Shown here piece after piece: positions 41,245 through 51,100 of a stretch of DNA of 64,000 nucleotides. Both the position numbers and the translations under genes were made by a program. Source of the DNA: Pirellulales bacterium (GTDB lineage: Bacteria; Planctomycetota; Planctomycetia; Pirellulales; PALSA-1355); the NCBI GenBank assembly GCA_963733035.1, contig CAVTBU010000008.1, positions 456,424 to 520,423 on the forward strand, given 5' to 3'. The notes under the pieces were generated by a model that was given only the letters and a program-made list of their open reading frames with translations, was not told where the DNA came from and searched no databases. The stretch's first letter is position 1, and each line of letters begins with the position of its first letter.

Positions 41245-41699
41245 TCCAGGACCCAATCGGGACCAGCGGTGTCCAGCCAAAACTCGCGAGAATTTTGTTT
41301 TATCGTAACATGCGGTCAGGGCACCAGCAACAAGGCCCCCCAGGCAGTTCTTTGAGGAGTCACTGGCCCCAAGTCAGAACGCGCGCCTTTTCCGCGCGAC
41401 CTACCGCGGATTCGTTTCCCAGGAATTTCCTTGTTTTTGCGCGCGCCGCATCGCCGGCGTTGACGCTTTTCCATTTGGGAGGTGCGACGGCAGGCTGTAC
41501 TGCCAGTCGCTCGCTGGAGAAGAGGATTGGGGCGTGCTAGTCGCGTCCAGACTCGTTTGCTCGACAGCTCGCCGATTGATCACCGGCGTGCTCAACCGCA
41601 AAACCGCCGCCCTAAGGCTCCTGTTGAAGCAGCTTCTTGGTTTGAGGCTGCATAACGTTTACCAAGCCCTCTGCACAAAACGACATAAAGGGGTAGCTC

Positions 41700-43148
41700 A
41701 TGTTTACCAATACCTTCCGCACGCTGGCTATCGGCTTCTCCATTTTGAGCATCCTGGCCTTGGGATCGGCCAAGAATGCGCTGGGCCAACAAATTGGCGA
41801 GCCCATTGCCGCTGTCCCGCCGTTTCAGTTGGATTTTGATGAGACCGGTGCAAGTTTTTTGAACGGCCTTCCCAATCCCAACCAAGTAACGTTCGTGGCC
41901 GGGGGCGGAATTCAGTTTTACCTCCCGGGTCCGGTTCAGCCCGGCCAGGTCTTGATCAGCAGCTCAGTCGACGTCGACCCCAATAATCCGTCCGGCGATT
42001 CCGACCTCCTGACATTCACAAATGGCCCTGACGTGAACGGCTTGATCACGGGCATCATGCTCTACGAGTCGTTGCTTGACCCATTTGACCCGGTGCTCGC
42101 AGCGGATGTTCCGCTGCTCAACTATTTGGCACCGATCCTGACAATTGCGGAGGTGGGACCGGAAGGGGCCAACGGCTTTTCGTACGTGGTGCCAGGTGCA
42201 GTTTACAACGGCATCAGCGACGGCTATCTGGTACCCGAGCCCTCCACATTTGTCATGGCCGGATTCGGCGTCCTGGGTCTGGCGGGGCTAGCCTTTCGTC
42301 GCCGCTTGAGGCGAAGAGGTGTTGTCAGGACGGATCCATTGGCTCGCAGTCTAGGTCGGATGGCACGACTAGTGAGCGAGTGTGTCACGATCAACAGCAA
42401 ACGGCGCGCGTTTTGGATACTTTTCGCGGCGGCCATCTACGTCGCGGGATTTGGGTCGCAAGCCCTCGCTTCGTATACGACGAGCAATCTCCTGACTGAT
42501 CCGAGCTTTGAAAACAACCCCTTGAGTAACTTTGTTCAAATTCTCGGCCCCCCGTACAATACGAATACCTGGGGCGCCGAAATGGCCACCATCTCTGGTG
42601 TATCCGACGGGATCACTCCGGCCAATGGTTCCCTGATGCTGAACATGGCAGACGATGGCGGACTCACGACACAAGCATTCCAACTCATCGACGTGTCTCC
42701 CTACTCGACCGACATCAACGCGGGACTTGTCACCGTCGACGCCAGCGCTCTGTATAACGTTCCGGCAACCGTCGCGGCGGCCGTTTCATCGGTCAACGTG
42801 TCGTTCTATGACGGTGTGCACTCGTCACTTGGCTTTGTGTCGGCCGGCAGCAACACGCTATCTGGCGGATTTGTCGACAGCAACGTCAATACGTGGGAAT
42901 CGATCAACATCGTCGCCGCATCGGTCCCCGTCGGCACGAAGTATATGCTGATGCAGTTCGCCTACAATAATGCCTCCATGATTGACTCGCAGGGACTGCC
43001 TCGGTCCGGCTATGTGGACGCCGCGACGCTGACGTTGACCGCAGTGCCCGAGCCATCGTCAGTGGCCCTGGTGAGCGTCGGAGCCGCCATCTTGGGTGTT
43101 GCGGCCTCGCGACGGAAACGCTGGGCTCATATTTCCGCGACTCGATGA
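41700..43148 (+). CDS. PEP-CTERM protein(s): one ORF carrying two signal peptides and two PEP-CTERM tails
   Basis: VPEPSTF-TM-RRR at about 42231 and VPEPSSV-TM-RRKR at about 43044. Confidence 0.75.
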   Translation: MFTNTFRTLAIGFSILSILALGSAKNALGQQIGEPIAAVPPFQLDFDETGASFLNGLPNPNQVTFVAGGGIQFYLPGPVQPGQVLISSSVDVDPNNPSGDSDLLTFTNGPDVNGLITGIMLYESLLDPFDPVLAADVPLLNYLAPILTIAEVGPEGANGFSYVVPGAVYNGISDGYLVPEPSTFVMAGFGVLGLAGLAFRRRLRRRGVVRTDPLARSLGRMARLVSECVTINSKRRAFWILFAAAIYVAGFGSQALASYTTSNLLTDPSFENNPLSNFVQILGPPYNTNTWGAEMATISGVSDGITPANGSLMLNMADDGGLTTQAFQLIDVSPYSTDINAGLVTVDASALYNVPATVAAAVSSVNVSFYDGVHSSLGFVSAGSNTLSGGFVDSNVNTWESINIVAASVPVGTKYMLMQFAYNNASMIDSQGLPRSGYVDAATLTLTAVPEPSSVALVSVGAAILGVAASRRKRWAHISATR

Positions 43149-43159
43149 CGACCTCGGCA

Positions 43160-43450
43160 ATGGCCCGGGCGGCCCGCTAGGGCGAACCCAATTCCACGTG
43201 AACCAAGCTTCTGCTCGACACGGCCGATCTGCCCGCTATCCGCTTCCACGACCTGCGGCACACGTCGGCCACGCTGCTCCTTGCCGCAGGTGTTCATCCG
43301 AAGGTCGTCCAGGAACGCCTGGGCCATTCGCAGATGGGCATCACGCACGACACGTACTCGCACGTCGTGCCGACGATGCAACTCGAGGCGGCGACCAAGT
43401 TGGACGCGATGATGCGGCCTGGGAGAGGACGGGCGCAGCATCGGGCCTGA
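43160..43450 (+). pseudogene. Tyrosine integrase C-terminal remnant 1
   Basis: Hand translation: LLDTADLPAIRFHDLRHTSATLLLAAGVHPKVVQERLGHSQMGITHDTYSHVVPTMQLEAA; no N-terminal part or start codon. Confidence 0.88.
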
Positions 43451-43671
43451 TTGCCAAAATCGTGAACCCTGTCCAAATCGCCGACCCCCCACAGTCAGGC
43501 ACCGCAGGACGCCGGCAGACGTGACCAATCGATACTCGCTCGCACCCGAGAAATGGGGTGATCCGATGAACTTTGGACTAGCTGGAATATTTGCGATAAT
43601 GCCATGGTCTGCCCCGTGGTACGCAAAAAGTTCCTGGCAACGATCTATTCCGCCCAAGCTCGGCGACAAAC

Positions 43672-44469
43672 ATGCGTGTATTCATAACCACACCGGAGCT
43701 TGAGACCGAAGCTGGCAAACAATTGTTCGAGATAGTCGTTCGCGTGACTACCGACGGCAAGCTTGACCTTCCCGAGATCAAAGAACTGCGAAAGTGGTTA
43801 CGAGTCAACAAAGACAACGAGTCTATCGCAGCCATTGGTTACCTGCATGACATCATGACTCGGATCACGGCCGATGGTGTTGTCGATCGTGACGAGCTGC
43901 TGGAATTGCACCTTGCCGTCGAGCGCGTGATCCCAACAGCGCATCGGACACTGGTGATCCAAGCGCGAAAAAAGCGCGAGTGTGATCGCCGCGAGCGGCT
44001 GGGAGAACAACGCCGCATCGAAAAGGAAAAAGAGCAGGAGGAGCGTAAGCCGATTCGGGAGGAAGAGTATCAACGCCGAATGCGGCTGCGTCACTCATTT
44101 GCCAAAGTAGCGGGCGTGACTTTTCCAAATGACGACGGCTCAGAACGTCAAGAAATAATCGGTCGGTGCGATCGCGGTGATGAGTTGATACTCCGACACG
44201 ACGCCTACAACGAATTCAGCATGTTCGCCGTTCAAGTCTTGCGGACAGATGGTGAGCAACTTGGACATGTGCCTGAGTACCTGGCGGAAAGGATCTACAA
44301 CGCAATTGAAGACGGCTACCGGGTGGCGGGGGTCCTATCCGAGATTACCGGTGGGGCTTGGGACAAACCGACACGGGGCGTCAATTTTGCGGCGATCTTT
44401 GCCGCAAACGACGTGACCCATGAAGAACTGCAGCAGTACGCGAGCAATGTGCTGACTCATCGGGATTGA
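43672..44469 (+). CDS. HIRAN-domain protein with N-terminal helical (xDGxxxxxE) domain and coiled coil
   Basis: KVAGVTF..DGSERQ, LILRHDAYNEF, AVQV..GEQLGHVP. Confidence 0.75.
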   Translation: MRVFITTPELETEAGKQLFEIVVRVTTDGKLDLPEIKELRKWLRVNKDNESIAAIGYLHDIMTRITADGVVDRDELLELHLAVERVIPTAHRTLVIQARKKRECDRRERLGEQRRIEKEKEQEERKPIREEEYQRRMRLRHSFAKVAGVTFPNDDGSERQEIIGRCDRGDELILRHDAYNEFSMFAVQVLRTDGEQLGHVPEYLAERIYNAIEDGYRVAGVLSEITGGAWDKPTRGVNFAAIFAANDVTHEELQQYASNVLTHRD

Positions 44470-44533
44470 CCAACTACGCGAGGCGTTCGAATTTGCGGCT
44501 TAAAAATCTAGGCGGCGCGGGAGACGAAGTGTC

Positions 44534-45331
44534 ATGTCTGCGTTGAGCGATAAGTGGGCAGCTGGTGCGACCTATGAGGACTTCATGGGTCGCTGGAGCC
44601 GTCTTCTTGCCCCCCGGTTTGTGTCATGGTTACCAGTGCGCCCGGCTGCCCATTGGCTCGACGTCGGGTGTGGGACGGGTGCCTTGAGCGAGGCGATCTG
44701 CACCGGCACGCGCCCTGCATCGGTGGTTGCATGTGACCCGTCTGAGCCGTTCATCGAATACGCTCGTCAGCATCACGTCGATCCACGTGTCTCTTTCGTC
44801 GTTGCAGGAATCGGGCAGCTTCCAACGCGTCCAGGCGGGTTCGACAGTGTCACTTCCCTGCTCGCCCTGAACTTCTTTCCCAATCCCGAGGCTGCCATCG
44901 AAGAGATGCGGCGTGTCAGCGCCCCGAATGGCGTCGTATCAGCGTGTGTGTGGGACTACGCCGGCCGGATGGAGTTTCTTAGGCACTTCTGGGATTCCGT
45001 CGCAGCCGTGGACCCCAATGCTGTCGAGCTCGACGAAGCCCGACGTTTCCCAATCTGCCGACCGGATGCGCTCGAGACTTTGTTTCGCGGGGGCGGTCTT
45101 AGCGATGTTGTTTGCGAGTCGATCGAGATCCCCACCCGATTCTCCACGTTCGCCGACTTCTGGACTCCATTCCTGGGCGGCACAGGCCCTGCACCTTCCT
45201 ACGTTGCCAGCCTCGAAACCAGTCGACGCGAGGCGTTGGCCGCACACCTTGACCGTTCGCTTGCCCGGGAGCCGGATGGCGCGATCTCCTTGGTTGCCAG
45301 AGCGTGGGTCGTGCGTGGAGTCGCGAGCTAG
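44534..45331 (+). CDS. Class I SAM-dependent methyltransferase
   Basis: YEDFMGRWS, WLDVGCGTG, ACVWDY, GPAPSY. Confidence 0.9.
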   Translation: MSALSDKWAAGATYEDFMGRWSRLLAPRFVSWLPVRPAAHWLDVGCGTGALSEAICTGTRPASVVACDPSEPFIEYARQHHVDPRVSFVVAGIGQLPTRPGGFDSVTSLLALNFFPNPEAAIEEMRRVSAPNGVVSACVWDYAGRMEFLRHFWDSVAAVDPNAVELDEARRFPICRPDALETLFRGGGLSDVVCESIEIPTRFSTFADFWTPFLGGTGPAPSYVASLETSRREALAAHLDRSLAREPDGAISLVARAWVVRGVAS

Positions 45332-45451
45332 TGATCCGCTTGCCTACAAGCCGCTGAAGGTGCTGCCGCGACCGTCCGCTATGCGGTAATTGTCGCGCGC
45401 GAGCGCGGTTTACTTCGAGTTTTGAGGGGCACAAGTCTGCAAAGGGCCCCT

Positions 45452-45739
45452 GGGTCTTCTGCAACTCCACCGGCGGCCCCGCTGCGGCGCATCCACTTCC
45501 ACGCTAACAACTTCAAGCCACTGCTCGACACGGCCGGTCTGCCCCCCATCCGCTTTCATGACCTGCGGCACACGTCGGCCACACTGTTACTGGCCGCCGG
45601 CGTCCATCCCAAGGTCGTCCAGGAACGGATTGGCCACTCGCAGATCGGCATAACGCTCGACACGTACTCGCACGTCGTGCCCAGGCTCCAGCTTTGTTCG
45701 ACCCGCGCACGAACGCTTAGCAGCAAGCGGCCCCGATGA
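45452..45739 (+). pseudogene. Tyrosine integrase C-terminal remnant 2
   Basis: WVFCNSTGG/PLRRIHFHANNFKPLLDTAGLPPIRFHDLRHTSATLLLAAGVHPKVVQERIGHSQIGITLDTYSHVVP. Confidence 0.88.
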
Positions 45740-45842
45740 ATATCGCTAGGCGAAACCGTCGAGCCGCGTTATTGCCTGACGGCAATGGCGATGTTGAGCC
45801 GCGCGTTTGTGGCAAGCGAAATTGTTGACATCGCGCCTGAAG

Positions 45843-46919
45843 TTAGGGTTGACCGCCAACGATCAGCACCCGCCCGTCGTGCAGCAGCGTTGCGCTGTGC
45901 TGCGTTCGTGCGCGCATCATAGAGCCGACTTCCGTCCACTGGTCCGCCTCCGCATCATACAGGTCGGCCGAGCGGAATGCCCGCTTGCCCCGTTGACCAC
46001 CCGTCACCAATACCTTGCCATCGTTCAAGAGGGTTGCCGTCTGCCAGTGGACCGCGTGTCGCATTCTAGCGGCGGGACTCCAGGATGAATTGGCTCCCTC
46101 CTGGTAGCGTTCCACGTCGGCCGTCAATGATGCGCCGCCGCGCTCTCCTTCCCCGCCGGCGATTAACAGATCGCCATTGTGGAGGCGAGTCAGCGATTGC
46201 CCGTAGGCATGCGGGCGCTGACAAGGCGCAGCCACGGTCCACTTTGCAGCATCGGGATCGAAGATTTCACACGTCGCCAGATTGTCGGTGGCGTCCTCGC
46301 CAGCTGCCATGAAGAGCCGTCCATCAGCAAGCAGGGCCGCGTGTGCATAGGTTCTCGGTCCGGTCATGGGGGCAGTAGGTCGCCAGCGGTCCGCCCTGGG
46401 ATCATAGATCTCGACATCCGCTAGTGCTTGGCCTTGGCGGTAACCTCCCGCGACCAGTACTTCGCCGGATGGAAGCAACGTGGCGGTATGACGATCGCGG
46501 GCCTTGTTCAGGTCACTAGCGCGGCGCCAACGGCGCTCTTTTGGATCGTAGATGTCGACATTGGCCACGTTGGTGCCGTTGAAGCCGCCCACAACCAACA
46601 CCTCGCCGGTTGTCAGGAGTGTCGCCGTATGTCCATATCTGGCGACCGACAGGTTCCCCGCGCGCGACCACCTGTCAGATTTAGGATCGTATACTTCGGC
46701 CGAGCTGAGATATCGGGAGCCGTTCGTCCCGCCGGCAATTAGCACCGTGCCGTCAGCGAGGAGCACGGCCGTATGAACGAATCGATGGTCGTGGATCGCG
46801 TCCGTCGCGGCGAAACCGGCGTTTGCTGGATCGTAGAGCTCAGCCGCTCGAAGGTCGATGCCGGTGGCCGGCTGCGAGACGATCGTTGTCAGCACGAGCA
46901 ATCCATGGCAAGCGAACAT
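45843..46919 (-). CDS. Kelch-repeat (galactose-oxidase-like propeller) protein
   Basis: Repeated R..HTATLL..G.VLV.GG....E.YDP....W units. Confidence 0.88.
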   Translation of the reverse strand: MFACHGLLVLTTIVSQPATGIDLRAAELYDPANAGFAATDAIHDHRFVHTAVLLADGTVLIAGGTNGSRYLSSAEVYDPKSDRWSRAGNLSVARYGHTATLLTTGEVLVVGGFNGTNVANVDIYDPKERRWRRASDLNKARDRHTATLLPSGEVLVAGGYRQGQALADVEIYDPRADRWRPTAPMTGPRTYAHAALLADGRLFMAAGEDATDNLATCEIFDPDAAKWTVAAPCQRPHAYGQSLTRLHNGDLLIAGGEGERGGASLTADVERYQEGANSSWSPAARMRHAVHWQTATLLNDGKVLVTGGQRGKRAFRSADLYDAEADQWTEVGSMMRARTQHSATLLHDGRVLIVGGQP

Positions 46920-47024
46920 TGCAATCCCTATCCTTCATGTAAGAACGACTCTTGAGCCTGCGTATGCGGTGATGCACACCCTGCGTCGCAGTTTCCTCGG
47001 CACCCCGTTATACAGCACCACGAC

Positions 47025-47117
47025 GTCCGCCCTAGTCCACCGTTGTTCGATGCCGTCCGCCGCCCGAGCGTCCACGCAGTTCTAGCAAGTCCACCGCCAT
47101 CCATCGCGTAGCTGTCC
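47025..47117 (+). repeat. Helically phased GTCC(A/G)C motifs, left array
   Basis: GTCC/GTTC/ATCC at 47025, 47035, 47045, 47055, 47070, 47079, 47089, 47099, 47114. Confidence 0.55.
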
Positions 47118-47122
47118 CGAGA

Positions 47123-47142
47123 TTGGCTACATTTTGGCTACA
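47123..47142 (+). repeat. Tandem TTGGCTACA pair (putative integrase arm-type sites), left
   Basis: TTGGCTACA at 47123 and 47134 (11-bp spacing). Confidence 0.7.
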
Positions 47143-47183
47143 TTGGGCCGCTGAGGGCGATGATTTCGGCGCTCAGCGAGCGC

Positions 47184-47215
47184 AAAAGAAGAGCCCCGCA
47201 ACTCTGGGCGGGGCT
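47184..47215 (-). terminator. Rho-independent terminator downstream of the tRNA fragment
   Basis: AGCCCCGC-8 nt loop-GCGGGGCT stem followed by CTTCTTTT on the minus strand. Confidence 0.7.
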
Positions 47216-47230
47216 AGGGCTTCTAGAAAA

Positions 47231-47286
47231 GCGGAGGGCATGGGATTCGAACCCACAACCCCGTTAGGGGCACCTGATTTCGAGTC
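47231..47286 (-). mobile_element. 3' half of tRNA-Ser(CGA): att-site duplication of an integrative element, not a functional tRNA
   Basis: GA-CTCGAAA-TCAGG anticodon loop, long variable arm, GTGGGTTCGAATCCCAT T arm, GCCCTCC-G acceptor strand; D arm and 5' acceptor strand absent. Confidence 0.85.
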
Positions 47287-47299
47287 CTACCTGGGCATG

Positions 47300-47395
47300 T
47301 GCCACAGACGTCCACGAGCGTCCAAAGTTGCCACGTGTTTGAGCTTGGGGCGACCGCCGGATTCTGCGACTGTCCGCGACGTGCGCCAGTGTCCG
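47300..47395 (+). repeat. Helically phased (G/T)(T/G)CCAC motifs, right array
   Basis: TGCCAC 47300, GTCCAC 47310, GTCCAA 47320, TGCCAC 47329; GTCC at 47372 and 47391. Confidence 0.55.
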
Positions 47396-47400
47396 GCGTA

Positions 47401-47420
47401 TTGGCTACAGATTGGCTACA
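47401..47420 (+). repeat. Tandem TTGGCTACA pair (putative integrase arm-type sites), right
   Basis: TTGGCTACA at 47401 and 47412 (11-bp spacing), same orientation as the left pair. Confidence 0.7.
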
Positions 47421-47463
47421 CCGGCACGGAGCGACATCCACAATCGACTGTGCTGCCAAAGGG

Positions 47464-48150
47464 TTACTTTCGCTCCAGAACCCATTGAACCGCGCGGCGG
47501 GTCAGCTCGGCGGCATTCTTTAAATTGAGCTTGGACTTGATCTTTTCACGATGTGTATCGATCGTGTGCATGCTCAGGTCGAGCCGAGTAGCAATTGCGC
47601 GCGTCGTTAGGCCCTCGCCGATCAATTCAAACACTTGCAGCTCCCGATCGGTGAGAATTTCGGTCGCTAAGCCGAGCGGCATCGGAGTTTCGGCAGTCGA
47701 ACGCCCTGTCATGCGGTCCAAGACTGAGGTGGCAAAGTACACTCTTCCCCTGAGAACGTCTCGAATTGCTTCGAGCAACGTCTGCGGGTCTTCCTGTTTG
47801 TTGACATAGCCGCATGCGCCGGCTTGAAGCGCTCGCTCGGCATACATTGACTCGTCATACATTGAGTGAATCAGCACTTTTGTGTCGGTTTTGCGCCCTT
47901 TGATTTGTTTGGTCAGGTCAAGGCCGTGCCCATCCCTCAAGGAGAGGTCGACGACGGCCAGATGTGGAGACTGCTCGTCCACCAACTGCAAAGCCTCCTG
48001 GACACCAGCAGCCTGACCGCAGATGGCGAGATCGCTTTGGCGGCCGATCAGCGCAGCGATACCCTCTCGCACCGTGGGATGGTCATCCACGAGGAGAATT
48101 CGCGCCGGCTCGGCGGTCAGATTACTTCGCTCTTCGGTTATCGCTTGCAT
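47464..48150 (-). CDS. NarL/LuxR-family response regulator
   Basis: LLVDDH, VVDLSL, GYVNK, LTDRELQVF, TIDTHREKIKSKL. Confidence 0.93.
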   Translation of the reverse strand: MQAITEERSNLTAEPARILLVDDHPTVREGIAALIGRQSDLAICGQAAGVQEALQLVDEQSPHLAVVDLSLRDGHGLDLTKQIKGRKTDTKVLIHSMYDESMYAERALQAGACGYVNKQEDPQTLLEAIRDVLRGRVYFATSVLDRMTGRSTAETPMPLGLATEILTDRELQVFELIGEGLTTRAIATRLDLSMHTIDTHREKIKSKLNLKNAAELTRRAVQWVLERK

Positions 48151-51100
48151 CTCTGTCAAGTGTGCAGAGCACCTGAACGCCGTGTGGCTCGGCTGGCGTC
48201 ACCTGCAGCGTGGCGCCAATCAGCCCGGCACGATAGTGCATAATTCGCACGCCGCTACCTTGTTCCTGATAATTCGGGCTGTCAATTCCTTTTCCATCGT
48301 CGACGATTTGAAGTTGAATTGTGCCGCCGACCTCGTGCAGACCCATGGTAACGTGTTTCGCATGGCCATGCGTGACCGCGTTGACGATCGCCTCCTGGCC
48401 AATTCGATAGAGGTGTGCGGCAATTAAATCCGTGCGAACGACAACGGGCGGCTCGCAATCGAATACGCATTTGATTCCAAAAAGCTGGCTGCTGCGCGAG
48501 GCTAGATCGTCGAATGCAGCCAAAACTCGATCAGCATTGACATTGAAGGAGATTAGTCCTCGCGATATTTCACGTACGTGTTCCAAGGTAGTCTTGATTG
48601 ACTTGTCGATCTTGGCGACCAATTCGGCTGCTGGTGAATGTTTTTCCGGATTCATGTCTGCCAGCGCCTCCACCAGGAAACGCAGGCCTGTGAGCTCCTG
48701 CCCGATCCCGTCGTGCAATTCCTGCCCGATTCTGCGTTGTTCAAACAAAGCAATCTCCACCACTTCTTTCTCCAATTGCTTGCGCTTTGACACGTCTTTA
48801 ACGAAGCCGGTGAATTGCTGTAGGTGGTCGACCTCGGTGACAGACAACTCAATTGGAAATAGGGAGCCATCCTTGCGGCGTCCGACGAGTTCTCTGCCGA
48901 CACCAATGATTTTCGCCTGCCCGGTTTGCAAGTATTTCGCCAAGTACCCGTCGTGCTCGTGACAGTACGGTTCAGGCATCAGCATCGAAACGTTTTTGCC
49001 GATGACCTCCGTCGCGGCATAACCAAACAAAGTCTCGGCCGCAGGATTGAAGGAATCCACGATCCCTTCCTGAGTAATTGTGATTATTCCATCTGCAGCC
49101 GTGTCGACAATGGCCTGGATCTGAACTTGGCTGTCATGTAACGCAACCTCCACCATCTTTTGTACTGTGATATCATCAAACGCCAATAGGATGAGTTCCG
49201 AAGGCTGTCCCTGCTGATGATAAAGCTGCGCGCATCGACGAGCAGAGTGTGTGCTTCGTGTTCCGGAAACTCATAGGTGATCGCGTAGTCCTCCGAATGC
49301 ATGCTCTTCGGCAGGACGTCTTCCAGCAGGTTCCGTAGCTGAGGGCTATTGAAGCGGCCGCCGCCGAGCGTGTAAATGAACTGTCGCTCAACCTCCGGCG
49401 GCGACAATTGAAAGGCCTGATAAAAAGCGCGGTTTGCGGTTGTCACGCGCAGCTTCCCATCGAGGATCAACAGAGCTTGCCGAACGGTCTCCACGATGTT
49501 GACGGCGTAATCTCGCGCCGCCTCGATCTCGCTTTCGCGGTGTTTGACCGCATCGATGTCGAAAAGCGTGACGGTGGCCCCGTCGATCTTGTTTTTCGCG
49601 GTTTTATAGGGCCGAATCACCATGCGATACCATCGGCCTTCAGGGCCCGTCACCTCACGTTCCTGGACGACCAACGTATCGAGCACTTCCCGAATCAGCG
49701 GCTCAAGGTCGGAGACGTTGATCTTCGGCTTCAAATCGCCAATGTGTCGCCCGATGTCGCCGGGCATCAAGTTCGATACAAGCCGCGCGCTGGGGCTAAA
49801 CCGCCGGACGTGCAAGTCATTTCCCACCACCACCGTGGGAATGTTCACGCTGTCGATCAAGTTGGCCAGGTCGTCGCCGAGCTGGGTGGCCACTCGAATG
49901 CGATTGCGCAACTCGTCATTGACGGTTGTCAACTCTTCATTCGTGGCTTGCAGTTCCTCTTTGGCAGTTTCCAGTTCTTCGTTGGTGGTTTGCAGTTCCT
50001 CATTGCTGGAGACAATCTCCTCATTGGCGGCCTTCAATTCCTCGTTGCTGGCGTCGTGCTCCTCAATAACCGAACGCAGGTAGGCGTCCTTGGCCCGCAG
50101 CTCCTGTCGCAGCCGCTCGATCTGGAGGTCTTCGGTCGGACGTGTCGCTGGCGTCTCGCTCTTGGATTGGGAAACGACACCAGCTTCAGGCTCGGCGGTC
50201 TCGAATAACACGATGAAGAATCGCTCACCCGAAGCGGGCGCCTTGATCGGGATCACTTCCACGCAGACTTCGTGAAGTTGCGAGTTGGACCTGAATGGCA
50301 CCGCTTCCTTGCGGACGATTCGGTCGTCGGTCTTGGCGGTGGAAACGGCGGCGCGAAGATCCGGCACCAAGTCTTCTCGCGCCATCTGCAATAAGTCGGT
50401 CGTGGGTGCACCTGGAGGCGCAACAAGGTACATTTCCGTATTTCCCCGATACTGCACGATTCGTAGCCGCTCATCGATCACCACGCCGGGCGGAGAATAT
50501 TTGGAAATAACCACGCGGTCGACCTCCCGCTGCACATCGTTCGTTGCGCGAGCGGGATCGCGAGGCCCCGTGCTGATTGCGCCGCTGACCTGGGCTCGGC
50601 CGCCGGGCGCGAAGTCGAACTGAAGGCGACTGGCAGTGGCACTACGGGCGTAGATTCTGTGCTGTTTGGCGACGAGGTCGAAGAGGTCAGTCAGTGTGCC
50701 AACCGTTTCTGCGTTGCCAAGGAGCAGATACCCGTGCGGCTTCAATGCATAGTGAAAAATCGGCAGCACCCGCTGCTGTAGCGCGGGACCGAGGTAAATC
50801 AGCAGGTTGCGGCAACTGATCAGGTCGAGTTGCGAAAACGGCGGGTCCTTAGTCACATCGTGCTGCGCGAAAATACACATATCACGAGCCGATTTGTCGA
50901 TTTGATAGCCTCCGTCGACTTTTGCGAAGAACCGTCGGAGGCGCTCAGGCGACACCTCGGCCGAGATGCCTTCTCCGTAGGTGCCTGAGCGTGCCACGGC
51001 GATGGCCTTGGAGCTGATGTCCGTGGCAAAAAGCTTGATCGGTGGTGCATCATTTAGCTCGCCGAGAAACTCCAGCAGACAAATGGCCAGCGAGTAGACT

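Noticed and set aside
47002..47010. ACCCCGTTA matching the tRNA variable arm as a second att core
   Set aside because: Only 9 bp, no other tRNA features, and spacing to the motif array differs; plausibly chance.
47231..47320. Intact tRNA-Ser gene
   Set aside because: The 5' acceptor strand, D arm and most of the 5' anticodon stem are missing; only the 3' half is present.
47025..47420. CRISPR array or iteron origin
   Set aside because: Repeats are 4-9 bp with no repeat-spacer structure, and there is no cas or rep gene in the window.
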